IMG/VR virus record: IMGVR_UViG_650716086_000003
Span: 4,081-68,080 of that record
Length of the DNA: 64,000 nt
DNA from: a virus
Lineage: Duplodnaviria; Caudoviricetes
Strand: one strand, 5' to 3'
Below the pieces are notes generated by a model, which was not told where the DNA came from, searched no databases, and saw only the letters and a program-made list of their open reading frames with translations. The position numbers were made by a program, and so were the translations under genes. Below, piece after piece: positions 46,056 through 55,039 of this stretch. Position 1 is the first letter of the stretch. Each line of letters begins with the position of its first letter.

Positions 46056-46529
46056 TTAAGCGGCAAGCGCTTTCGAGCTTTTCGCGGTCTCACGCAAGGA
46101 AACGCACATTCCCTTGCCGAACGTGCGGCCGGTAAATTCCTTGCCGGCAATCCACGCGGTTGCCTGGTACATGCGGGAACCGACATAGGAATGCACGCGC
46201 CAGCCGGCGCCGAGATAGCACGTTCCGACAATGTCGCCCGTCCATGTCGTGACATAGTGATTGCTCGAATTCGGCACGCGCTCGCCGATATAGGCGCCGA
46301 ACCGTGACGGCTTTTCCGTTAGGATCTCGAATTGCTCGACACGGCCGCGCATTGCGTTGTCGCATGCCGCATAGTCCGGATGAGCCGCCTCATCTTTCGT
46401 TAGGTAGTTCCGCTTGCGCTTGGAACCGCCTTCACACATTACGGACTCCGCATAGGCTTCAGCCTTGCTGCAGATAGCGCGCTCGATTGCATATTGTTCT
46501 GGCGTCAATGCCGGTTTGATAGTGGACAT
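46056..46529 (-). CDS. Hypothetical early protein
   Basis: AGGA RBS; 157 aa. Confidence 0.65.
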   Translation of the reverse strand: MSTIKPALTPEQYAIERAICSKAEAYAESVMCEGGSKRKRNYLTKDEAAHPDYAACDNAMRGRVEQFEILTEKPSRFGAYIGERVPNSSNHYVTTWTGDIVGTCYLGAGWRVHSYVGSRMYQATAWIAGKEFTGRTFGKGMCVSLRETAKSSKALAA

Positions 46530-46559
46530 ATCAGGATTCCTAAACAAACGGTTGAATGG

Positions 46560-46853
46560 TTAGCGCGGCAATTCGCAAGTGACGTTCAAGCCGGCCGCGC
46601 GCATGCGCTGGATAGCGTCGGCGCAATCGGCCGTGCTTAGGCCATAGTCGACGATATCGGACTCGGCGCCGTGATATGCGATTAGGTCATACTCGCGCTC
46701 AGGCATTGGCCAGTTGAGACCGGCAAGGAACGCCAAACCGGCAAAGCCGGGAAGCATTGCAAGCGCCAGCCAACCGAAAGCGATTTTGGCCAGTTCTGCC
46801 CGTTCCTTCACGTTCAACGCTTTGGCGCGCTGCAGGTAGGTTTGCGGGCTCAT
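46560..46853 (-). CDS. Small membrane protein
   Basis: 97 aa with one hydrophobic segment. Confidence 0.6.
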   Translation of the reverse strand: MSPQTYLQRAKALNVKERAELAKIAFGWLALAMLPGFAGLAFLAGLNWPMPEREYDLIAYHGAESDIVDYGLSTADCADAIQRMRAAGLNVTCELPR

Positions 46854-47584
46854 GATATCACCTCTTGAGACTGTAGCTCAACAAAGCAATGCGCGGCGCC
46901 GTGGTAGTCCTGCAGCCATTCGACAACCATTTGCCACGTGTCGACGGTTGCGGGCTCAGGCTTCACGCTCGCGGCGGTATCGCTCAACATGATATTGACG
47001 AGATGCACGGCGCAATCTATGGCCGCCGCTTCCGTGGCAAACGTTTTGAGAATGAAGCCTGCAACGCTGAAATGCTCGCCCGTGACAATCCAAACGATTG
47101 ACGGGCTGGCCGGCTTTTCCGGTTCCGTTGGCACGGGCTCAGGAACGGCAAGGCGGAAAGAAAACTGCTTTGCGGCCGTGTCGAATTCCGACTCTACCAC
47201 CTGATTTAGAGCATGGTGGAACGCGTCGGCGATATAGTCCTTGATATCGTTCCGATTGCGGCCGGTAACGCGGATTGTGAAGCCGTGAAACTCAGGCTCG
47301 ACAATCACAAGGTGATTAGTCCAACCGTCATACATGCCGGCGTCGTTCATATGGTGGAAAGAGGTATTGAAGACGAGACGGCGCGGCCGGCAATCGTCCA
47401 GCTCGATTTGCGTTCCCGCGTCAAAGCCGGAACCGGACGGCAGGAACTCACGGCAAAGCGTTTCAATCTCATCCGCGTTCCTATCGGCAAAAGATTGCTC
47501 GATATTCGGAAAGGCGCCTTGCGCTGCAGGAATGCGGCCGGCGATCATTTGATAAAGATGCTTTTGATAAAGATGCTTTGGCAT
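46850..47584 (-). CDS. Hypothetical early protein
   Basis: GGGGA RBS; LPSGSGFDAGT...FHHMNDAGMYDGWT motif. Confidence 0.65.
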   Translation of the reverse strand: MPKHLYQKHLYQMIAGRIPAAQGAFPNIEQSFADRNADEIETLCREFLPSGSGFDAGTQIELDDCRPRRLVFNTSFHHMNDAGMYDGWTNHLVIVEPEFHGFTIRVTGRNRNDIKDYIADAFHHALNQVVESEFDTAAKQFSFRLAVPEPVPTEPEKPASPSIVWIVTGEHFSVAGFILKTFATEAAAIDCAVHLVNIMLSDTAASVKPEPATVDTWQMVVEWLQDYHGAAHCFVELQSQEVIS

Positions 47585-47623
47585 GTTGATTATATCCCCA
47601 AAAGGTTGAATTAGCAGGCGCAA

Positions 47624-48103
47624 TTACACGCGCGATATGGACTCAATTTGCATATCTTCCGGTTCCGACTCGCTCCATTTGTAGCCGGACTCGAAAAGCT
47701 CGATTGCCTTTGCACGTGCCTCATCTTCCGTCGCGGCTTCAATGCGGTATTCTGCCGTTACGTGCTTTATCGCTCGAATTTGAATAGCAAAGGCGGCCGG
47801 CGCCGGTTCAACGGGCAACGGCTTTGCGGGCTCGAAATCATCGCAACGCCTGATATCGGCAATGGTCAAATCGGTCTCGATCTCGCCGGCCGCGTCGAAA
47901 AGGCGCAAGCAATAGGAACGCTTATCGGTTTGCTGCAGGAACCAATCATTACGGCGCAACGCGAGCGTGCGGCCAGGATAAAGCGCGTTGAATGCGGCTT
48001 GTCCTGCATCCATGGGCGCCGTGTTCGAGAATGTGATTTCGAACGCAACCGGCTTTCCCTTGTGCGTTCCCGTTGCCTTTGCCTTCAGAACGATAACCGA
48101 CAT
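47624..48103 (-). CDS. Hypothetical early protein
   Basis: GGAGTC RBS; 159 aa. Confidence 0.6.
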   Translation of the reverse strand: MSVIVLKAKATGTHKGKPVAFEITFSNTAPMDAGQAAFNALYPGRTLALRRNDWFLQQTDKRSYCLRLFDAAGEIETDLTIADIRRCDDFEPAKPLPVEPAPAAFAIQIRAIKHVTAEYRIEAATEDEARAKAIELFESGYKWSESEPEDMQIESISRV

Positions 48104-48115
48104 ATCGGCGACTCC

Positions 48116-48307
48116 TTAGATGAGATAGAGCGCGACGGCCGCGCGGATAATCTGGCCAAGCGCGCCAGGATCGAAGGCGCCAGCAAGAGCGAACATAACC
48201 GGGATGGAAAGCAGGCCGGCCGCGCATTTGGCAAGCTCAACACGCTCATAATAGGCAAGGCGCGCCTGAACCGGCATTTCGGAAAGAGACTTGCGAGACT
48301 TGAACAT
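48116..48307 (-). CDS. Small membrane protein
   Basis: GGAGTC RBS; 63 aa, hydrophobic. Confidence 0.55.
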   Translation of the reverse strand: MFKSRKSLSEMPVQARLAYYERVELAKCAAGLLSIPVMFALAGAFDPGALGQIIRAAVALYLI

Positions 48308-48345
48308 TTCGGCGACTCCGTTTCGTTGTGTGATTCAACAATAGC

Positions 48346-49021
48346 GTATGACGTGATTAAGTCAACCGTTTGTTGAATATGTCATCCAAGGATATCGCCG
48401 AATTCTGAGCTTTCCGCCTTGCCCGGATCGCTCGACTTGCTGACCATCTTTGCGGCCGCCTTCACGCGTTCCCTATAAGCGCGCTGGCGCGTGGCATGTT
48501 GTGTGCGGAATGCCTCATCATTCCAATCTCGTCGGTTTTTATCACAGTATACGCATGACGCATTGTGAGTGTACCGCACGCGCGTTCCGCACTTGTGGGG
48601 GTTATCCGCAATGTAGGTTTTCGAGCCTTGCGCCACGGCCGCCGCGCGCGCTCCTTTTGGTCTGCCTCTCGCCATCTCTGACTCCCGTCGGTTTGATTGG
48701 TCCATGGCTCACACTAGCGTGCACTGTGATTTAGTCAACCGTTTGTTGACTGTTGCGAGCTTGCGGCAGGGGATGAAACGGCAAGCGTGCACTGTGATTA
48801 AATCGCATTATGAGCATGCGTCGACGGGCTTGGATGAGCGTTTGAGCGTGACTGTGATTAAATGGGATTCGTGACTGTGATTAAATGATGTGTATGCGTG
48901 ACTTATTCCGATTAAATCACAGTCACGTTTTGAATAAGTCACGTCATACGTTTTCGACTTAATCACAGTGTCACGCGTGCATTTAATCACAGTGTCACGC
49001 GTCGACTTAATCACGTCATAC
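48346..49021. repeat. GTGATTAA/ACTGTGATTAAAT repeat family in both orientations
   Basis: Copies at 48719, 48787, 48848, 48871 (direct) and 48911, 48959, 48983, 49004 (inverted). Perfect 18-bp inverted pair at 48346-48363 and 49004-49021. Confidence 0.85.
48382..48675 (-). CDS. Basic Cys-containing protein ending in SEFGDILG
   Basis: GGGAG RBS; HKCG...CVYC; C-terminal motif. Confidence 0.7.
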   Translation of the reverse strand: MARGRPKGARAAAVAQGSKTYIADNPHKCGTRVRYTHNASCVYCDKNRRDWNDEAFRTQHATRQRAYRERVKAAAKMVSKSSDPGKAESSEFGDILG

Positions 49022-49054
49022 GTTGGCAATTCTTCAATGATATCAGGTCGCTAC

Positions 49055-49094
49055 GGGTCCTTCCGGGCAGTTTGACCTTCGGCGGGGGCGCCGA
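49055..49094 (+). other. Predicted cos site (cosQ-like GGGTCCT plus symmetric cosN-like segment)
   Basis: GGGTCCT at 49055-49061 matches lambda cosQ and is followed by TCCGG as in lambda (TTCCGG). TCGGCG-GGGG-CGCCGA dyad at 49079-49094. Confidence 0.6.
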
Positions 49095-49220
49095 GACCCC
49101 GGCACGCGCAAGTTTTCAAAAAGTTTTTCCCGCCTATCTTCGCCTGATCGGAGCGACTTGGAACGGAAATCCCGGATTCCGGGGGAAATTTCCTGCGAAA
49201 ACTTCAAAAACACGAATCTC

Positions 49221-49511
49221 CTTATCTCACTTGCCCTTCCTTGTCTCATCCTTATCTCACTTAACTACTTGTTTTCTTTATATAAAAGATCAGTGAGATA
49301 GATGAGATAAGTGAGATAAGGAGTTTCTACGTGTGCGATGCAGATCCCCTCCCGAGATGGAAGTGCGCCGACCTGCCCGGAAAATGTTCTGTCCCGTATT
49401 GGTGAAAAAGTCCTTGTCTTCCTTATCTCACTTATCTCACCTCGTTTTTAACGCGTAAAATCAATTAGTTATCTGAGACAAGGATGAGATAAGGAAACGC
49501 TCTGAGATAAG
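49221..49511. repeat. CTTATCTCA(C) repeat cluster around an AT-rich core
   Basis: About 11 copies in alternating orientation blocks; AT-rich segment at 49261-49290. Confidence 0.85.
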
Positions 49512-49898
49512 GAGCGTGCACATGGCGGATAATGGGTGAATCCGCGTGCACTGTGATTTTCCGAGGTCGGACTCCCGGCTGCGCGCATGTGAGACAGGTG
49601 ATTTCCATCTATGCACGTCACCACCCCTCAGACCTTGCTGCGCAGGCGGTGGAGGGTGATTTCCACAACAGTTCGACACCACCTCCTTGCAAACCCTCCA
49701 AAAGGTTATAGGGTGATTATGTCTCGCCACCGGGGAGCCAAACCGTTGCATGACGAGGTACAGCGTCCTTCGCGGGTACGCGCCAAAACAAAATGCCCAT
49801 TCCGAGTTTGTCGCCGGAATGGGCATTTTGCTGTGAAAAGAAATCCCGCTCGAAGGCGGGGCTCTGAGGGGGTCGGTGAAACCGATATCACCTGTCAC

Positions 49899-50102
49899 TC
49901 AACCGTCCTTTATCCGGTACCTGATGATGTCGAACGAGGGATCGTCGCACAGGTCGTTTACGTCGGCCCACCGCCAAACTAGGTCGTCGCGCAAACCCTG
50001 GATGACAGTCCCGTCGCGAAATACGACTTCTACCAGATCGCTTGCCGTCGGCTGAAGCGCCATTTTAGATCGATCGCCCTTGTATTCGTGCCAGTCACTC
50101 AT
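49899..50102 (-). CDS. Hypothetical protein
   Basis: GGAG RBS; SDWHEY.G...VEV.FRDG...W.W...DIIRYR motif. Confidence 0.65.
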   Translation of the reverse strand: MSDWHEYKGDRSKMALQPTASDLVEVVFRDGTVIQGLRDDLVWRWADVNDLCDDPSFDIIRYRIKDG

Positions 50103-50148
50103 TCACACTCTCCCTCTCAACGCGCCTCTTTCCCGTTTTGCAGATTCA

Positions 50149-50415
50149 TCACAGGTTCCCTTTTTTCCGCGATTCGAGATCCGGTAACTCCCACTCTATC
50201 AAACCTTTCCAAGGGTAGCGTATTTGGAGATCGATGAGAAAATCCGTCAGTTCCGGAGAAGCATCAATGATGACAAGTCCAGACCCGTAGGCCACCATGC
50301 TCTTGACGGTGCTTTCGATTGCTTCTTTTACGGACTCAAGATCACCGACATACCGCTGGCCGCTGCCCGTGACGACGTATACTTCGGCCATTGAGTGTTC
50401 TCCGTTTTCCGACAT
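50149..50415 (-). CDS. Hypothetical protein
   Basis: 88 aa, TAATG-coupled. Confidence 0.55.
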   Translation of the reverse strand: MSENGEHSMAEVYVVTGSGQRYVGDLESVKEAIESTVKSMVAYGSGLVIIDASPELTDFLIDLQIRYPWKGLIEWELPDLESRKKGNL

Positions 50416-50570
50416 TACAGGTTCCCTTCCTTGTCAGTGAACGCAATTCTGAGCAGCCCGCTCGTGCGCCAGAACCGTGGATAATTGATCCAAACGCATA
50501 GGCGGAACCACTGGAACTCCCAACTGGTCGCGCCGGGAAAGAAGATGGGGGATTTCGGCAACTCGCTCAT
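50415..50570 (-). CDS. Small Trp-rich protein (51 aa, not in ORF track)
   Basis: MSELPKSPIFF...KEGNL; coupled at both ends. Confidence 0.4.
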   Translation of the reverse strand: MSELPKSPIFFPGATSWEFQWFRLCVWINYPRFWRTSGLLRIAFTDKEGNL

Positions 50571-50872
50571 CACCGTCTCCCTTCTTTGCGCGGTTCGAGA
50601 TCCGGTACATCGATCTCGACCATCGTGCCGCCATGCCCTGGCAACGGTGCCCCTGGTGCGTAGCGGATAAGTCGGTTCCGGCGCAGGTATTGCGCGATCA
50701 ACCAGATGGAGGTGGCGCCGAGATACGGCCTGAACACGCTACCGCCTTTCCATCCTGACGCCCAATCCCCTTTCGACGCGCCACCAGATCGCGTCCGTGC
50801 AGGCGACGTGAAAAAGAATCTCCCGGCGCCGAGGGGTCAGCTTCACCTTGCCGTCAAGCACGAACCACGTCT

Positions 50873-51124
50873 TCATAGCTTGACGATCCCTTCGCAAGAT
50901 CGAATGAAGTAGAGTGCGCCTTGCACTTTTGGGTGCAGCTCAAGTGGATATCCGCAGACATTGCAATCGGCGCGGCCACCGGCTCGCGGCACGCCAACTT
51001 TTCCGTATCGGCCGTTCTCAACCTCGCCGTCGATGATCGCTTTGTCGTTGGGGTGGAGAAGATCGGGGTTGTTACCCCAATCGTCATAGCCGAGGCTGTG
51101 CAGGATCGAGGGGGAAGTCATCAC
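50873..51124 (-). CDS. Hypothetical protein with CxxC
   Basis: 83 aa, coupled. Confidence 0.55.
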   Translation of the reverse strand: MMTSPSILHSLGYDDWGNNPDLLHPNDKAIIDGEVENGRYGKVGVPRAGGRADCNVCGYPLELHPKVQGALYFIRSCEGIVKL

Positions 51125-51951
51125 TCACCTACCTTCCAATCCTGAGCCAGGATCTCATCAACCGTGAACGCGTGCCTCAGCAGATCGTCCGTCTCTTCGT
51201 TCATCGACCAGAACGCGCAGCCTTCAGCGCCGTCGAAATCGAACTTGATGTGAGGGTGGCTTTCCCGATAGGCGCTCTTCTGTTCCCACAGCATAAGGTG
51301 GAGAGCCCAAGCGAACGTGCCTTCCGGCGCCGACATTGCGGCCACTTGGCGGCGCAGGTTGTCGACCTCATAGGCGAGCGCCACATGCAGGTTGTCCGGC
51401 CCGTTCTGTTCGAACGCCGGCCAGGGTTCGCCGTTTCGTAAGCACTCCCATTTCCCCGGCGCCGTTTGCCGGATCGTGTACTTGCCGTGTTCGATGGTGA
51501 CTGAAACGAGATCGTCGACTATTTCGGCAACTGCCATATGCCCAACAGTATCGGCAGCAGAACGATCAAACTCGCCACCAGCAAACTTACTGCGGTCAGC
51601 ATCGGTCACATCCCTTTTCTTATCGGACTTTACGAACGATCGGCCGTAGAGAAATTTGTCGAAGGGTGTGACGCAATCGGTGCCATCCTGCGGATCGTTT
51701 TCCTCTAACCAAACGCGTCTTGCTTCCACGATTGTGTCTCGCACCGCGGTAAACCGATCGCAGTCAGCTTGACGTAGGGCTTCGGCCGCGGCGCCGTTAA
51801 ACCGTTCGATCAGAGACCGAGCTAATTCCTCCGGATTTTCGCCGTTGATGGTGACGCGGCAATTTCCGGCGTCGAACACGACAAAGCTGCGACCTTGGCA
51901 ATCGCCGATCTTATGCGGCTCGTCGGTGATACGGGCATAGTCTTTGGTCAT
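51121..51951 (-). CDS. Composite hypothetical protein
   Basis: 276 aa; C-terminal FAWAL...DILAQDW resembles small phage domains. Confidence 0.6.
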   Translation of the reverse strand: MTKDYARITDEPHKIGDCQGRSFVVFDAGNCRVTINGENPEELARSLIERFNGAAAEALRQADCDRFTAVRDTIVEARRVWLEENDPQDGTDCVTPFDKFLYGRSFVKSDKKRDVTDADRSKFAGGEFDRSAADTVGHMAVAEIVDDLVSVTIEHGKYTIRQTAPGKWECLRNGEPWPAFEQNGPDNLHVALAYEVDNLRRQVAAMSAPEGTFAWALHLMLWEQKSAYRESHPHIKFDFDGAEGCAFWSMNEETDDLLRHAFTVDEILAQDWKVGE

Positions 51952-52023
51952 CGCATTCCCTTTCTCAGGTTGGAATGCGATGACCGTATGCTCGAAAGGT
52001 GATTAAGTCAACAAAAAGTTGAA

Positions 52024-54444
52024 TTACAAATCATCGAGATCGTCGTAATCGTCCTCAATGTCGTCGACCGGCTGCGAGATATCTTCCCAAACCAGGTGCG
52101 AGTTCATGTAGCGCTCGAACGCGCGGCGGCACTCGCTCAGTTTCGGGAACACGTAGGTCCAGACTTGTTTCGCTCCCTCGCGGCGGCGCCTGTCCTCGAT
52201 CTGCGGCAGGATCTCGCGCATCCGCTTGCCGATCATGAACTTGACCAGTTCCTCGCCGTTGTAACGCTGGCGGCGCATCCATTCGGAATAGGCTTGGCGG
52301 AACTCGTCGCGATCGACCATGACGGGCTCTGTGAGCCATTGGCCGGCGTTTCCACCCTTGATCGAGTAGCAGGGAAATTCGAGTTCGCCGCTTTCGAGCA
52401 TGTCGAACCACCACTTGTCGATATTCTTCAGCCCCTGCACCTTCTGCTGCGCGAGCGCGGTCGTGTCGGGCACCTTGCGGACTTCGAAATCGGACAGATC
52501 GTAGTTCTGCAGGTAGTGGAGTAGGGCGGCCTGGCCGCCGTGATCGCGCTCATTGCGAATGGCCCGGAAATACCCGTGATCGTCCTTGCGGTGCGGCGAC
52601 ACATCGAGCACGAAATATCGGCCTTCGTCGGCGGTCGCCGGCACAACCCAATCTTCGTTGGACGACATGAACAGCCTGAGATAGCTGTCGACATGGAACC
52701 CGTTGAGCCCTTTGGGCTCGATGAACACCTTTTCCGATGTGATCAGGTATTTCAGCGAACCTTCCGCGTTCTTGTTGCCGGCCCAAAAACCTTCCTGCAC
52801 GTGCAGAAGCAAGCACTTCTCCTGGTGCGCGTTGAACTTGCCGACCAACTGCTCCTGATTCGCGATGACAACGTGATGGTGCGGGAACAGGCCGCCGATA
52901 TAGTCTGCGATCGTGTCCTTGCCAATACGCTTCTTGCCGCGGAGCACCATGGCCACGCCAGGCTTTTCGAATGGCCGCTGGATCATGTGAGCGAACCAGC
53001 CGAGGGCGTACCGATAATATTCCTCGTTGCCGCTGCAGATGACGTTTTTCAGGTGATCGAGGATGAGGCGGCACGAACCCTCCGAATCAGGCTCTACGGC
53101 GAACCCTTTCCAGTGATTGAAATAGCCGTCGCGCTCCTGACCTGGTGCGAACACGATGCCGTTCGGATACTGCCGGCGTAGCTTGTGGCGCATCCAGGCT
53201 TTCGACACCGGCTCTGTGGCCTTTTCCGTTGCCACGCGGTCATTCTCATACCAGTTATGCAGTTCGTTCGGCGTTCCGTAGGCCGTGGTGCCGTCCATGT
53301 GCTCGGTGACGATGACCGTTTTGCCGTTGACGAAGGCGACCGCGTGCTTGCGGTTCATCCGTCGCACCTTCGGCGGCACGTGCCCTAGATCGGCTTCCGT
53401 TTCCGACTTCTTCAGCTTCTTCGCGCGCTTCGTGTCACCGTGCTCGGTGCCTAGAATGTCGTCGAACTCGGTATCCTGTTCCGGCGCATCGAGATCGTCC
53501 GTTACATCGTCGTCCAGATTCTCGAACTCTTCGTCGAGTCGGGCTTCGCGCGCCGCGGTGACGAGCGTGGCCATCCGGACCGGCTTTTGTGAACCCTTGA
53601 ACGACTTCCAAACCCGTTTCTGGTCGGACTTGTCGAACTTCTCCGAGTCCTTCGAGAAGTCGAGCCAGAGTTTATAGCCGTGATCGGAGCCCCCGGTTTC
53701 GTGGTGCAGCGACATGCCGACCGTAAGCCAGCCGTCGCGATCGTCGCGCCAGTAATCCCGTGGCAGGTCGTCGAGCACTTCGCGGATCTCGTCGAGGGAT
53801 AGCCCGAGCGGCTTACTTCTCTCCGGATCGGCGGCCGCCCGTTCATCGTCGGCGTCCATGTCGAGCATTTTCGCAAGCACGTCGGAACCGACCATCGGCC
53901 CCAAACCGAGATCGAGATCGTCGAAGTCGAAAGGTGTCTGCCAGCGATAGGGCTTTCCGGTGTCGGGATGGATTGACGGCGGCATTGCGACCTGTTTGCC
54001 GGTGCCGAATAGATCGATTTCCCAGCGCCAATGCCATTTACCGTCTGCCGTCTGAATCTTCTCGCGGCTGTGCGCAAGCTTCTTCGGTGAGAACGGTTTG
54101 TCTGAGAGAATATAGAAGTGCCGGCTCTCGCCGCCCGAGCCGGAAATGACGGTTGGATACGTTTTCCAGACAGGGAATAGCTCGGTGAGCTTTTGCCGTG
54201 CCTCGTCGGCCAGTTTGGGGTCACGAATGTCTAGATCGATGACGTGGAGATAATCGTTGCCGATCTTCGACCACTTGCCGAGTCGCACACCGACGTTGTT
54301 GCCGTCCTTGTAGGTCTTTTTAAGCTGTTCGAGCGTCAGTACCGGCTTTGTAGACCAGTTCTCGCCGATCGGCCGCTTTTGTTTCGGATGCAGCCAGTGG
54401 ATTGCAAATCCGGCGCGAGCCAGGCGCTCAATTTGGTCGAGCAT
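52024..54444 (-). CDS. DNA primase-polymerase / helicase-like protein (Prim-Pol N-terminus, PriCT, C-terminal P-loop)
   Basis: KRP...W, NVGVRLG, VIDLD, SGSGG..RHFY, DGWLTVGMSLH, and LRGKKRIGKD plus GKFNAH. Confidence 0.88.
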   Translation of the reverse strand: MLDQIERLARAGFAIHWLHPKQKRPIGENWSTKPVLTLEQLKKTYKDGNNVGVRLGKWSKIGNDYLHVIDLDIRDPKLADEARQKLTELFPVWKTYPTVISGSGGESRHFYILSDKPFSPKKLAHSREKIQTADGKWHWRWEIDLFGTGKQVAMPPSIHPDTGKPYRWQTPFDFDDLDLGLGPMVGSDVLAKMLDMDADDERAAADPERSKPLGLSLDEIREVLDDLPRDYWRDDRDGWLTVGMSLHHETGGSDHGYKLWLDFSKDSEKFDKSDQKRVWKSFKGSQKPVRMATLVTAAREARLDEEFENLDDDVTDDLDAPEQDTEFDDILGTEHGDTKRAKKLKKSETEADLGHVPPKVRRMNRKHAVAFVNGKTVIVTEHMDGTTAYGTPNELHNWYENDRVATEKATEPVSKAWMRHKLRRQYPNGIVFAPGQERDGYFNHWKGFAVEPDSEGSCRLILDHLKNVICSGNEEYYRYALGWFAHMIQRPFEKPGVAMVLRGKKRIGKDTIADYIGGLFPHHHVVIANQEQLVGKFNAHQEKCLLLHVQEGFWAGNKNAEGSLKYLITSEKVFIEPKGLNGFHVDSYLRLFMSSNEDWVVPATADEGRYFVLDVSPHRKDDHGYFRAIRNERDHGGQAALLHYLQNYDLSDFEVRKVPDTTALAQQKVQGLKNIDKWWFDMLESGELEFPCYSIKGGNAGQWLTEPVMVDRDEFRQAYSEWMRRQRYNGEELVKFMIGKRMREILPQIEDRRRREGAKQVWTYVFPKLSECRRAFERYMNSHLVWEDISQPVDDIEDDYDDLDDL

Positions 54445-54561
54445 GCGTGGCCTCCGAGGGACGCGGTGTTGAGCGAAGGCCGAAAGATCGGCTCGCCAAA
54501 CTCAATTTCATCATGACAAGATCCGCAGCTAGAATTCAGGCAGGTTCGAGACTGCGGGGGA

Positions 54562-54879
54562 TCACTCCGGAGAAAGGAACGGCTCGAAGTCCATCAAGGT
54601 GAGTTTGCGATAATCTTCCGGCTGAAACTGCTGATTCGCAGACAGATCGACGAACCGGCGCGCCATTTTGACCGAGATGACATTGAAGTGCTTTGTGTCG
54701 GGGCGCATCATCTTATAGATCGCCTCGTGGCTGACACTCAGCGCCTTGGCGACACTGTTGATGTTCAGGCGCACCTGGCCGTTGATTTTGGTCCGGAAAT
54801 CAGGGAGACCCTGCGCGAGCAGGTCATAGAGAGCCCCCTCTGGTCCCACGCGCTTCTCCGTATTGACGGTCAATGTCAC
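54562..54879 (-). CDS. Cro-like HTH protein
   Basis: LNINSVAKALSVSHEAIYKM; divergent position between primase and the replication operon. Confidence 0.6.
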   Translation of the reverse strand: MTLTVNTEKRVGPEGALYDLLAQGLPDFRTKINGQVRLNINSVAKALSVSHEAIYKMMRPDTKHFNVISVKMARRFVDLSANQQFQPEDYRKLTLMDFEPFLSPE

Positions 54880-55039
54880 GAGTGAAATTCCTCTATTTGT
54901 TGAATTCGGATCATGCGGACCGTACTTTTTTCAACTTTTAAAGTCAATCGCATATTGACCCATTCACCAAAATGTGGAATTTGTGTTGTCACCGTCGCAG
55001 CACGGACACTGCAAAACCCCAACCCTGAAAGGAAATCGC

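Noticed and set aside
41180-48700. Frequent GANTC sites before early genes as a CcrM/GcrA signal
   Set aside because: Most coincide with the GGAGTC Shine-Dalgarno variant. Enrichment cannot be established without counting against background.
48346-49511. Repeat clusters as a CRISPR array
   Set aside because: Units are short (8-20 bp), occur in both orientations and lack regular unique spacers. No cas operon is present; the DUF2800 nuclease is a normal replication-module gene.
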